Positions 12,331-27,300 of a stretch of DNA of 64,000 nucleotides are shown one piece after another; within the stretch, counting starts at the first letter, position 1, and every line of letters starts with the position of its first letter. The notes below the pieces were generated by a model, which had not been told where the DNA came from, made no database searches, and saw only the letters and a list, made by a program, of their open reading frames with translations. The position numbers and the translations under genes were made by a program. Source of the DNA: Mytilus edulis (lineage: Eukaryota); assembly GCF_963676685.1 (NCBI RefSeq), contig NC_092354.1:17980001-18044000 (forward strand), read 5' to 3'.

Positions 12331-15300
12331 ATGACAGAAATAACAGACACAATTTCAGTTCTGACTTTCGTCAGGTTGTTCTTAGTATTCCAAGTAAGTC
12401 TTAAATTATCAGTTACTATCTAATATTGATGTGATAGTTGATTGGTTGGTAGATTGTGGTTAATAAAAAGATAACGATGTGGTATGACTTGGGGCAGGAA
12501 CATGCAGGATGTGGCGGGGTTAAAAATAGTTTGAAGGCGCCTCCCCCTAAACCAGTGGTGTGACAATATAACATTAGAACACACTACGGAAATAAGTTTA
12601 AAAATTCTTAACTCATCAGTTGATATAAATAGTAAAACATCTAACAAAAACATAGAGTACACGTGGCACGGTACTCATACATCCCTACAACAAACAGACA
12701 CGAATTAGAGATATGATAATACTCGCAGTTACTGGTAGCTAGTTTATAGAATAATTAAATAGTTTCTGAAAGGTAGATCAATCGATAAAATGAACGGTAA
12801 ATTCAGACTGTCATTTGACTAGACTTGTGTATGGATGGCTGATTTACCGTACAGCGGCAAATGTATACGCATATTCAGGAAGATAACATGCTAGTACGAT
12901 ATGAATATGGACCCCACTTTGTACAAGACCGACACATGAAGTCTAAATTTTACTATATTGAATATGAATGCACATTTGTACCCATATGGGTTGAAGGCAT
13001 ACATAAATCAACATAATAATTTTACAGTACATCATACAGAAAAAAACAACAAAAGAACAAAACATTATATACATATATGTATCTATCATGCAGTTGTTGA
13101 GTCCAACCTTTCAGTGCCCATGACTTTTAACAAATGAAGCAGCATACTGCATAATTGGCGGACAAGAAAGACACAAACCAATTTATCCAAATTATCCATG
13201 TTATCTATATCAGAATAGATATTTCTAACTTTCTGCAAAAATTCAAATCTCATATCTTTATATTTTGTACATGTAAATAAAAAATGCTCTTCATCATCTG
13301 TTTTATTTAGACAACAATGTTGACATAAACGTTCTTCCCTTTTTATATTTTTGTATCTACCCTTTCAATTTCCAAAATATGGTCACTCACCCTTAATTTA
13401 GTATTTTTTTTCCTTATTTCAAAGTTATTCTCTTTAAGTAAATAAGGCTCAGTTTCATATTTCGTTTTAAATTTACTATTATAATAGATAAATAATTTAT
13501 TATTTTCTGTTAAAGAATTTAATTTTTCAAAGAACAGCTTTTTACAGTTTTCTTGTAAAATCTCTTTCGTGTGTTTATCCATTTTATATTTTTCTTTTAT
13601 AAAGTCAATATTTTGTATATCAGATATATTTAAATGTGACTAGTTAACAAAGTAACAGTCCACATGAAGACACGTATTCCATTTGGTTAATAGCGGATAG
13701 TTGTCTTTTGTTTAATTCATACCACATCTTCTTATTTTCATCTACCTTGACTCATCATTCCTATACACCACGAGACCATCTTGGCGGTTGACTTTCAATT
13801 GGAAATGACGGTATGCTGGACATGTTGGATGTGGGCAACATTTCTCTATTCTGACGTGCATGTATTTCTACATCCGCACAACCGAACGACCTCACCTAGG
13901 CTATTATGTTTATACACCCCAGTCTATGCATCAGTAATAAATCTAAAGGTTTTTTTTAACTTATCAATCAAATATACATAGTGTGATATGTTTATAATTC
14001 TGTAAAATTCATTAGTTTAGAATTTTAAGTATTACTTTTTGTTTTTGTAAGAAATATCTTTTATACATGTATGTATCAACATAAAAAAAATATTGACCTT
14101 GTGATACACTTTCAGTGCTAAAATATCTGTATAGAGATAATTAGTATAGATTTACTGACTACAAAATCAATATGTATATGTATAAACATATCGGTACTCA
14201 TATATATACATTTGATACTCATTTAAAATGATGTATACCAGTTTGAATGTTTTATTATTTGCAGATGTTAATATCAGATGCATACTTTTACAACTTTAAA
14301 TGTCCTTCGGAAGCCAGTTGGAAATTTCGGGCGGAAGTAGAGTGCAACAGTACCTCGAACTACTTTTGCTTATACAATAACGTAGACTTGAAGTATGTTG
14401 AGGGTTGTAATGGACCAGACTGGGATAGAAAAGGTACATTTTCAATAGCGAATACGAATATTACCTAATATTTTAAAGAAGAAGTTTTGGGGTCGCTTTA
14501 ATGTTTATGTGTATCTTGGAACACTATATTTTACGGGAAATTAATCTGATTGTCAATATATAATGTTCCTAGGTGTATCGAATTTGTAAAGACGATAAAA
14601 CAAGCAAATATTTTTCGACGCTTGTAAAAAAAAAGAAGTTAACAACTATAGGTGACCATCCTTCTTTCAACAATGAAGAAAATCCATACCGCGTAGTTCG
14701 TTTTTCCCCATTGGAATCTTTATGGGGAACATGCATTTCGTTATTTTGTTTTAAAAGAAGCTGCTTTGCTGTTAATAAATACGAACCCATACGTCAATCA
14801 TCATTACGTGCCGACCTGCTCTATTATTTTCCATTTGATTTTCATGAACTTGTTAAATGTCACTTTCAAGATACATATAAATGATGCAGCAACTCCATTA
14901 CATCACACAACTATAAGAACTAGTCTACATGCAACTACACTAGACTGCTACCGATGGATTATATCTGTCTATAATTCAGCGGTTCGATGTGTGATTTAAC
15001 TTGACAGTAACAATGAGGTATGGCGTCAACATTGAATTATCCGAACAGCAAAATATGGTATGAATATGATGTAAGACAACCTTTGACAAGGTTTCTTACT
15101 AGAACGAACACTTACATATATAGACTAGTAGAGGGTATGGATGGGTACTTCATATCTGTATTAATGTCTAGCTCATTATTCTTTATTTAAAAAAGGGGGT
15201 TACTGTATTTAACTGATAACGGTTACTTGACATTGTTCTTTTCTGTAATCAATATATTTTACCTAACCATAGACGAATCCGGGGGAGCCCCCACCCCCTT

Positions 15301-18300
15301 TCCCTTTTGTGGGAAAAATGGTTGTTTAATAGGGAAACACCGAAGCATGGCTGGAGCGCCCCCTTTTTTATAAAAAAAATTCCAGATCCGCCACTGATAG
15401 ATCATTAATATTTGCAGTTATGCAGTTATTCTTAAAAAAAAATATACATTGTATTTGAATACCCCCGTATACTATATTCTTTATTATGTTTGATCCACTC
15501 TTTGTCCTGTAAACCCTATCTACACATCCAAGGTATACTATCATGCGGCGAAGTTAAATTCTAATTGTCCATATAAACAGTTTTTTTTTTTATTAAACTA
15601 AATTATAATAACTATGAAGATAGGAATTTGTTTAATTCGTTGTCCTTTTTGTGTTACAGGAAGTAAGCGGATTTATGTTGGAGACTTTAGCAGAGGAAAA
15701 TGTAAGTCTGACCGTTTCCAGCCATTTAAATTCTTTACTAATGAAAGCATGACCGACTGTTACTATGCTAAATCAAACTGCAGTGAAGAAGGACAAATTC
15801 TGCAAGAAAAAAGTTCATCAAAGGAAGATAGAAGATGTCGATGTAATCATGAAAAGAATTATGCATTTATTAAAACTCCAAGAAATGTATGCTTTTGTAT
15901 TCCAACAGAAGAAGACTGTTCCTGTTATATTAAATCATGTCCAGTAAACCAAACACTGGCAGCAGGTATTTAACTTTTAATTTGTTTATAAGAAGAAACA
16001 TTTAATTTGACACAAGATATACAATGGTTTCGAAAAGCATGTAGAAAATATTGATAATGTGAAATTATGCAATGGTAAAATTAAATGAAACGCTATAAAA
16101 AAATAAAGTTTAAAGATCAAAAGATCAAAAGATAGCTTACAGTCTATAGTAACAATACCTAATTATGGCTTACTACATATATTTTGAACAGGTTAAATAC
16201 TACCTTGCGATATAAAGAACGATTCAATTTCGTCTTTTATCATGAAAAAAGTTGACTAAGTTTCACAGATGTAGTTTTGAAGATTCTTTAAGTAGTATTA
16301 GCAAATCAATTTAAAAACATTTAGTTTATAAAAAAATCTATATCATATCCTGTTGTTACGATTTTATAATTCCCAAATAAAATCATGTATTCAATTTGAA
16401 TTAAATGTTATATATATAATAGCGCCTGGTTAATCGTGTGTGTTAAATTGGTAGATTTAATTGGATATCACTTCGCCGTAGAGGTTGAATTTTATACGTG
16501 ACGTAATTTCTTGTCATATAAAATTGAGAATGGAAAAGGGGAATATGTCAAAGCGACACCAACCCAACCATAGGTCAGTCAACAGCCGATGGCCACCAAT
16601 GGGTCTTCAATGTTGCTAGAAACTCCTGCACCCGGAGGCATCCCTCAGTTGGACCCAAACCAAATATCTTTACTACTTCAGTGATAATGGACGTCATACT
16701 AAACTCCAAATTATACAAGAGACACTAAAATTCATACAAGACTTACAAAGGCCAGAGGCTTGGGACAGGCGCAAAATTGCGACGAGGTTAAACATGTTTT
16801 TGAGATGTCAACCCTCCCATTATACCTCTAGCCAATGTAGAAAAACAAACGCACAACCATACGCACAGTAAAACTCGGTTAAAGAGAAGTCCGAGTCTGA
16901 TGTCAGCATGAAACATTTTTTTTTTATATCAAAATGACAATAATACATAAATAACAACAGACTTCTAGCAGTTACTGACATGTCAGCTGCAGACCTCAAT
17001 TAATCTGATTGAAAGATCATGTCTTCATCATATGAATATCAGAAACTACTGGGCCATATTTAACCAAACTTAGCCACAATCATCCTTGGGGTATCTAGTT
17101 TAAAAAATGTGTCCGGTGACCTGGCCATCCAACCAAGATGGCCGTCATGGCTAAAAATAGAACATAGGGGTAAAATGTATATTTTGGCTTATATCTTTGA
17201 AACCAAAACGTTTAGAGCAAATCTGATAGAATAAAATTGTTGATCAGGTTAAGATCTATCTGCCCTGAAATTTTCAGACGAATCAGGCAACCTGTTGTTG
17301 TGTTGCTGCCCCTGAATTAGTTATTTTCAGAATATTTAGCAGCTTTTGGTTGATTGTTGTTTACTTAACGTCCAGTGACAAATATATCATGCATGTGTTC
17401 AGGACGAGAACAACTTAACAAAAAAATCAATAGGTATGTCCTGTAATATTGAGGCCATTCGGGATGAAAGACGGGGAATGAGTACTGCCGCTGGAAAATG
17501 AGGGTAAATAGGATAGGAACAGAACTTTCGCATTGCAACCTACGGACCCTTTAAAGAGTTGCTGCAATTTTTCTAATGATGAAATGAGCATTGCATGGTC
17601 AACATGAGGCACTGCTGACCGGACGTGGCTGCGCATTTAAACATCCAGCACAATCAAACGAACGTCCTACTTTTTTTCAAATATTAAACGGCCGGTCGAA
17701 AGAAGCCAACTTGTGACTTAACTTCTATTTCCCAGTCGCCCTTTGAAAAATAATTCTTACATGTCATACCTTGTCTTTACCTATATGTTGTTCACTTGAA
17801 ACCAATTTTTTGGTTTCTAAATCACCTGAATAAAATTGCCGATCCTCTGGGGTTTCAATGAACTAAACATTTTATATATATATATGTCAAGTCGTTGGTA
17901 CAAATTTGACTGAATGAAATGTGTTTTACGGGTGCTTGACGTATTCTTGAATGCAATGTTTCCTTTAATTTCAGATTATATTTGCACTCACAATGAGAAC
18001 CTGGGAAAATCAAAATGTAAAGATATACACAAGTAAGATTATTTCCTAAATACATGCAGTTTACTTAACTCAAAGCAGTGTAATGAACTTTCATATTTCA
18101 ATAAACTTAGTTGTCACTAGACTTTAGGCAAGCGTTTTTTTTGTTATCATTTTAGTGATATACTCAAGTTATTTTATTTGTAAGAAAATTCACGATCAAA
18201 GATACCACTTAATGTTAAGAACTTGCACAGTTGACTATCTTAACCTCATTGACTAGATAAACTGAATAAAATTTAAACAAAAAAATTGTAAGGGTTCCGC

Positions 18301-21300
18301 GGAAACCAGTGTCTCTCCTACTTTTGCTCTAAATCGCAGGCTCAACAAAAATGAGGGAAAAAATAAATAAAAATATTCCGCTTGATACTATCTTTTGATT
18401 GTGAAAGAAGCTTCTGTCCAAGTTTGGAAAAAATCCAGGATGAATCTAATAAATGTTTTAAAAACTTTAACTATATGGATATACAATGTAATGTTAATTT
18501 GAAGACAAACTAAGTCCATTTATTATAAGTAAAATACAGATACACAGGTACAAAATATTCACAAAATTTCCTTGAAGATACTAGATTTTGATCATAAACA
18601 AGCTTCTGTCCAAGTTTGATATAGTATAAGAAAGTTATCATAATTTAAAAAAAATTAACCATAGTGCGAGTGTGTTGTTTCATGGCAGAAAATCTAAGTC
18701 CATTTAAAGTAAAATACGGAAAAAAAATCTCGTTTTACAAAATTTACTTCTGGATACTATTTAATGATCATAAACAAGCTTCTGCCCAAGTTTGGTACAA
18801 ACCAAGGATTGTTTAAGAAAGTTATTAAAATTTTAAAATGTATAACCACAGAGTGAATGTTATGTTTTCAGGCAGAAAAACTTAGTCCATTTATAGGTAA
18901 AATACGGAAAAAATGGAATTTTCTTTTTACAAAATTTACTTCTGGATACTATCTAATGATCATAAACAAGCTTCTGTCCAAGTTTGGTAGAGATCAAGGA
19001 TAGGTTAAGAAAGTAATTAAAATTTTAAAAAACTTTAACCACAGAGTGATTGTAATGTTTTCCTGCAGAAAAACTAAGTCCATTTATAATTAAAATACGG
19101 AAAAAATGGAATTTTATTTTCACAAAATTTACTTCTGGATACTATCTTATGATCATAAACAAGCTTCTGTCCAAGTTAAGACTTAAGTCGAAGGCTCGAC
19201 AAAAATGAGTTGCCTTCTATGGTATTGGGGGGAAAGTTTGTCGTTATACATATACGAACTTCTCGGAACGTCAACCATAGCAATTTTTTCAACGGTTTCA
19301 TACATTGTTCAATCGACATCTTGATAGAATATTAGATTGTTCCTAGGCAACAATACCACTTAACGCCAAACAGTTCAGAAGACAAAATAAGTTCTGCAAG
19401 CCTAACAGTAAGTGATGCATATTCAAATAAGTGATGTAATGTGCAAATATTGACGTTAGATTCCAATGTCGTTATTGTTAATATATATATAATTGTAGAT
19501 ATTACGTAACCTTGAATGAAACAACAGAAGTCAGAATGGGGAAGAATAGCACGTGGTTAAATAAATCAAGTAAGATCTTAGAGTAGTTAACTCAATCTTT
19601 AGAATGCGCAAAAACGTTCAGACTTTATATATTAACTTTAGGATAGCCGATTAAGTGTTTCGTATCCTTCTAAATATATATTTATCATATACTTCATGCC
19701 TAATACAATGCTTTTTGCATATGTGTAACGACCGGAAGAAAACAAGCTGTATTTGCACACCCGGTCTGATAACCCCGTATCAGCGCAATGACGTTTCGAC
19801 CCGGGAAGAAAATCCATACCAGCTTACGGTGTTAATCTTCTTTATTTTCGAAAGTATATGATAAAGAGATTAATAAATGGCCTTTTCCATATTGGCCCGC
19901 GTATCATCCATCGACCCATATCAGAACCTCGACTACGTCTCGGGATGATACCCGGGCTGATATGGAAAAGGCCATGTATTAATCTCTATATATAATCCAA
20001 CGAACTTGCATAGAAAGTACATAATGCTACAGATATTGTTTTCAAACATAAGATCCGCAGTCAAAGGATTAAATGGAATTCCCAAAGTGAGCAAAGATAT
20101 GACCCGAAATTAAACATAATCTTCTAACGTAGTACACTATTTCATTTAATCTCAGAATATGAGGGTCGTATTTTACATAATAAGTTTTCTGTATATGATT
20201 TCTTAAATGTGACATGCATTTGTTATATGTTTATATTTACACGATACCAAAGTGAACATATACAATATATCTATAAGTTTGCCTATTCAAGAGTGAGGGG
20301 TTTGGTAAGTATAATTTTATGACATCTTTGTCGACATATATAAGCGTTTAGAAGTTGCTGGCTCTCTGATTATCAAAAGATATCGCCATTCATTCATTAG
20401 TTCTGCTATTTTTCACCTGTTTGGTATTAGCATAGACGAAAAACATGTGTTGTTGCTTTATTTTTAATAAACAGTAGCAACTTTCTATAATAACTTTTTT
20501 TTCAGCTTCCAAACAGAGGGACAAGTTTATTGTTTTTATCATATGTTGTATAATTAGTAAGTATATAAGGTAGTATAGTGTAGTAAAGTATTTATTATTT
20601 CCATTATAAATTTAAAAATTGTTAATGTTCCTAAAATACAGAACAGGCTTACATATATACCCTTTTAATCCTCAATGTTTTTTCGTTTTGTCCCCTCGTA
20701 ACGCGTTGCGGGGGACATTGAAAAAACGGGTTTGTCGGTCCGTCCGTCTGTCCAGTCTTTTTAGCACTCAATACTAACAGGTACAATTCTTGACACCAGC
20801 ACTTCAACTATGTCTGAATATATCGTGCATGCGGAATATGCATTGTTTAATTTCTTATCAATTTTGGGTCATGCAATCCAAGGTAATGAAATAAATTCAA
20901 GTAAAAAAACACATAGTAGGAAAGAATTTTGATGACAGAACATGGACTCAAAATGCAAAAATAAATAAATAGGGAAACCATCGACATCGTTGTTTGAATT
21001 CACGTCGCTTGACATAATGTTTAACGGCAAACTATTATATTAAAAGTAGCTGTTATTTGTACAAAACTAAGCGAACCTCCAAAAAAGGTTGATCAATTCA
21101 GAAGTCAATGCTACGGTTCTTACATTAGTTTAACAACTTATCTTCACCTATTTAGGTATAACACATCATTAGCTTTTTAACACTGATTTGGTTCGAGCAT
21201 TTCTTATGGTCCTGTTTCGTGTAAATTAAGAATAGCATTTCGCATGCACGAAATTATATATGTATCAAGTGTTACTTTCAATTAATTTCCAATATTTAAA

Positions 21301-24300
21301 TAATTGCCTTAAAAATTGCAAACTCCTTTGTCATATGTTAACAAAATTAATGATGTCTTATTCTTATTTCTTTTCAGTTATCTGTGGATTTGTTGTTGTA
21401 GTTTTTCTAAAATGGAAAAATGAAACACAAGAATTATTTAGAAGATGTTTCATGAGAAGAAAAACAGGTAAAGTAAATTTCAAGTTCAAAAATCTTTTTT
21501 TTTTAAGTCAATGACCCAAAGCGACTAACTTAAGGTGACTGATTTATTCATTGCACACATACTTCGACATCTGGTGAATGAACAGTTATATTCTTAATTT
21601 TGATAAATCGTTGTAGATCCCGAGAAAATCGGTGTAATAAAGAACGAACATGGAAACATATCAACTTACACTGTGGAAGGATACGAAACAAAATCTCCTG
21701 AAAGTACTCTACTTGATGAAGAACAGAGTGTTTATAAAATAGAAGGTATAATTTTCTAAAATGGATTAGAGTTCAAATTTAAAAACATTTTTATTATCTT
21801 GATCACATCAGTAGCACGTTTTGTTTTTTTCTTCAGTGTAACACAATATTTGATAATAATATAAAAGTCCGTCGTTAAAAAGAACACAATAACAATAGGC
21901 TTTTATAAAGTTTATCATTATAATTTAAGATAGAACTTTATTTTTTAGTTTTTAGAAAATTTTAAAGACATTCTTTTTAAAAGATGCTTGCAGCAACTAA
22001 AAAAAACCTGTTCATTTATTTTATTGTTTCAGATAATGTTGATAGCAAAGTCACAGCAGTCAACATAGAAGAACATCATCTAACAATACGAGGTAAGTAG
22101 TCACTGCAATTATTACCAAAACGGACTTATGAATTCCAGAATAGCCGACCTACATTACCGATAACCTGTCAGAGTTTAATATATCCTCTTCTTTATAACA
22201 AAACATTATTGTATAAAATTTCAAAGCATATGCTTTTTTTGCGCACCAGGGAAAAACAGAACAACCTTGTTATAGTTATTTGATGATTTTAATTACAAAT
22301 AATGCAATGCCTTCCTAGGTACACTGCACTCTAAATATCCAAACTATATTAATAGGAAGTTGCAAAATTCATGACACATATATTTTGTAAAAATCAATTG
22401 TTCCAAATTTAGATGAAGCCAATGTTATACCAATAGAAAAAGAGATAGTGAACACAGTTGGCCGAAGCAATCTTGAGTCTTTGGAAAGTACAACCATTGA
22501 AAAACCACTGGGTATTAGTATTTACATTTAAGATTTACACTTTAAAAGTAAAACCATGTCTCAGCAGACATGCATGATATATTTTGTTCTTGTATAATGT
22601 GAAAAATATCATTGTCAATTGGGTTCTAACATCGGAAAGTTCAGCATTATTATATACAATAGGTAGTCTTAGTTTTTGGAAGTTCAATCTCATAAATTGA
22701 CGAAGAAGACAGAGCAAAGTAACAAACAAAACACAAATTGAGAGAAACCTATGAACTTCCAAGCGAAACCAGGTGACAGTTTGTGATTTTTAACTCACCT
22801 GGCCCGAAGGTGAGCTTTTCTCATCACTTGGCGTCCGGCGTCCATCGACGTTAACTCTTACAAAAATCATCTCCTCTGAAACTAGTGGGCTAAATTAATC
22901 TAAACTTAGCCACAATCATCTTTGGGGTATCTGGTTTGAAAAATGTGTCCGATGACCCGGCCATCCAACCAAGATGGCTTTACGGCTAAAAAAAGAACAT
23001 AGGGATAAAATGCAGTTTTTGGCTCATAACGCAAAAAACTCAAATTTAACTGGGGTTTAAGTGTTTATCAGGTCAAGATCTATCTGCCCTGAAATTTTCA
23101 GATTTACGGTCAACTCGTTGTTAGGTTGCTGCCTCTGAATTGGTAATTTTGAGGAAATTTTGCTGTTTTTTGTTATTATTTTGAATATTATTAATAGATA
23201 GAGATAAACTGTACACAGCAATAATGTACAGCAAAGTAAGACCTTAAAATAAGTCAACATGACCAAAATGGTCAATTGACCCTCTAAGGAGTTATTGTCT
23301 TTTATAGTCAATTTTTAACAATTTTCATAAAATTTGTAAAATTTTTACTAACATTTTCCACTAAAACTATTGGACCAAGTTCATTATAGATAGAACAAAT
23401 TGTAAGCAGTAAGAATGTTCAGTAAAGTAAGATGTACAAACACATCACCCTCACCAAAAACACATTTTTTTCATGAATCCATCTGCGTCCTTTGTTTAAT
23501 ATTCACATAGACAAGATGAGCGACAGAGCCTCTAATTTTTTAATTGAACTGAAATCATTATCTGCAATACATTTGCATAAAAGTCGTGTCGATTCAGACA
23601 TGTACCAAGCAACAAAAGTTGTTGACGAACTAACACAATAGCTTCTGTGTTGTATTATTGATTCGTATTGCCAATACATAGCGGATACGGAACAGAATAT
23701 CATTATTAACTCTACGGGACTCATAAATAAACTCACAATAGATACCAGGGTTGAACTTTTGTACCTGCGCAAGACGCGCGTTTCGTCTTCAAAAGTCTGT
23801 CAATGACGCGTGAATTGAAAAAGTTGGAAACGATGAATAAAATACGGAATTGAAGAGTTTGGAGGACTGTAGACGTTCGTCTTGTGAAAATATTTCCGAG
23901 ATTAAAGTTCAAAACGCCAAAAATAAAATATGTACAAATCATTTGGGTTGTGTGTAATCTGCTGATTGGATGGAAAAGTAATCAAATGTTTTTTGCAAAT
24001 ACGTTGTTGGATTTTTTTCTCAAAAACTAACGGTAATAGCTCGTTAATATTGTACATTTGTTAATATTTCTTATTATCTCTGCTTCCAAACCGTCTTCTT
24101 TTGAATATTCATGTTCCGGAAAGTAAATCTCATTAGTTCCATGTGATAAATATACATTCGTATAAATTTAACTTTTTAGTATTTGTTGTGTTATCAAACG
24201 AGTTTATACTGCACTCGTTCTATTTGTGCAGTCAAAATGCAATGACTGTATATTTCTATGTCATATACAGTCACTGACCTGATATCACTTTTCCTCATGA

Positions 24301-27300
24301 ATATTTAAATTGAAATTGCCGAAATTGTAATTAATTATTCATACGACCTATTCAACCTGTTCTTGTTTTCAATGTATACAACGACTCAAACTACTTTCTT
24401 TTACAATTTTTAGAGAAAAAAAATATTTCACTTAAATCATTATGTTTTATGCTTATTGTTGATATTTTAGTTCATTCTCAAACAATAATTCCTTCACCAT
24501 CGATTAAATGTTTCATTAGGAAATGTACATTTCATTGTGTTGTATATTTCTCCGCCTGCATGAGATGAGGCCTTTTTATAAAAGGGGGAGTTAAATCAAA
24601 TAATAAAATTAACACTTTACAAATCAATTGAAAATGTTGTTTTAGATTGCAGTATAAAGACAATAATAGTGCATTGACTTGACATATCAACGATATAAGG
24701 ATTCGGCACGAAACGGGGAAAATGCTCGGCATAGCCTCGCTTTCCCCGTTTCTAAGCCTCATCCTTATATCGTTGATATGTCAAGTCCATGCACTATTAT
24801 TGTCTATTTTTTGCGTTCTGAAAAGAGCTGACGTACTCAATACAATATATTCATAACATTTTCATTAAATCCAAATAACTAAACAATGTGTTCCGGTATG
24901 AAATCAAGTTCACACCACTTGACATAACTCAGTGCAAACTATTGTTTATGTGTTATTTCCAAAATCAAATTGTGTGATTTAGTGACATGCTAGAGAAAAC
25001 AATGTCATATTTTGAGATAACAAAACAAAAACGTTGCCTAAAACATACAGTATTGAAGAATTGATATAAAATTTAGCTACATATTTACATTTTATGGACA
25101 TCATAAATGTTGTTTAAACAACAAATGTAAGTTTTAAACTACCTTGACTGGCTATAAGCCCTTGTACGGTCGGCTGTTGTTTAAATGGTGCTTTTTACTG
25201 TACTTATGATTTTCGAGTACATTGAAATTAATTGTTGCAGATACCGAAGAAGCCACAATTTCAGCAAAAGAAGTAGATATTGTGGAAACTTTTGATAAAA
25301 ATGATTCTAAATCTCTAGAGATTACTGCAGTTAACTGCGAAAAAGGTATAACTGATATATTCAAAAGTTATGAAAAGAATTAAATTTAAAACAACTACAG
25401 TAACTGTCATAGTATTAATATTCTGCTAAACCTGCTGACAAAAATGTTGCTTTTATTGAAGGTTAAATGTTATTGCCACTTGTAATTGTATCATATGCAA
25501 AGTTTATTGTAGATGATTTATGCAATGACGTAAATGATACAATATTAAAAAACCATTTGATTTCTTATAATTTTATAGATTTTGGACTTTTAAAGTGACA
25601 ACTAAACGAGTCGAAAGTAAATAAACTCATGAAAGATACCAGGATTAAATTTTATAATTACGCTAGACGAGTGTTTCGTCTACAAAAGACCCATCAGTGG
25701 AGATCGAATCCAAAAAAGTAAAAAGGCCAAATAAAGAACAAAGTTGAAGAGCATTGAGGGTCAAAATACCTTAAAGTTTTGCCAAATACATCAACCTTAA
25801 AAATTAATAATGATTCTATGAGCTATAGTATATATAAGAAATTTGAATTGTAATCTACATTAGACATACTATTTGTTTTTTTAAGGTTGTGGATATCTAT
25901 CTCCAACCATTATCAATTTAATCATTTTCTCTTTGAATGTCCATGAACAAATGGAGGTATGGGATATATGCAAATGAGAAAAAAACGAAATATTTGTACA
26001 TACACTTTTGATATTTTTAATTGTACTGGTATATCAAAATATTTTTGAATTCATTACTTAAAGTTCAGAATGAAATATAAGTTAATGAACTTATATGGAG
26101 AATTTTGTTATCAATAAATAGTAGTGGACTGCTTTTAGTAAAGTCTGTACTTTTCTGTTATAAATCAGAACACAATCATAAATCCTGATATTAAATATAA
26201 AAAAAAAGATGTGGTATGACTGTTAATGAGACAACTTTCCAAAACAGACTAACATGACACATAAATTAACAACTATAGGTGACTGTAGAGCCTTCGACAT
26301 TTAACAAAGCCAATACCGCATAATCAGCATTTACAGGCCCCGAAATAACAATGTAAAACAATTCAAACGAGAAAACTAACGCCCTTATTTATTTTTGAAT
26401 AAATTGAAGCCTAGTTCATTTTAAAGAAATGCAATATATTCAAATTTCCAAATGAAGAACAATTGACGCTAGAAATAGATAATGATTGCATGGAATAATC
26501 ATGAGTGCACGGATTGTAAAGATTATAAGACTAAATCAGTCATATTATTAAGAGGGTGTCCATGGAAAAAACAGGCAGTGGATGGCACATATTTTTTTTA
26601 AGTTTTGTTCATCTGTTTCATATCACAAATTCATTCTTTCTCAAAGTTTTTTTTTTATCAACTGCAACAAATTATGAGAAAAGAAATACATAGAAAGCAC
26701 TGAAAATTCACTGAAAAAGGGGAGATAACTCTTCATTTTGTACAAAATTTTGTTGCATTGTTAGTGAACTTTGAAATCATTTTCGTAGCCATCCACAGTT
26801 GATTCAAAAATATCTTTGACATATATATCCTTTGTATGATATACACATTGCATTGGAACCAAAAATTCAGTGGGAACAACAATTTGTTGGATTTGCCTGA
26901 TATTTACTTGGACAGCCTCTAAATTTTATATCATTGCGAAAAATTATAATTGATGCATTATGAACTTATCTTCTACATGAAATGAATTTAGCAAGGAATT
27001 AAGATTGAGGTTAATATATATAGAAATAATATCACATATAAAAATAATTAAAACAACAGTTATCATAAACATCAAAAGAATGATTTAAATTAAAAACAGT
27101 TAATTAATTTTACGCCTTTGTTTTTCATATTAATTTGAATGTTTGAAGTAATATTAAACAATGTCCATTATGTTATCCTTTCTAGTTGAACCAAGAGTAG
27201 ATGACATCAAGTACTATTTACGAATAGTTCATTTACTATTCAGAGTGGTATGTCCAGTAGTGAGAATGTATTTTAACCAGGATACATGTATCAAACCTGA

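Noticed and set aside
25513-25957. Possible extra gene 2 exons at about 25513 and 25886
   Set aside because: Their phases or stops do not fit between the flanking phase-1 junctions.
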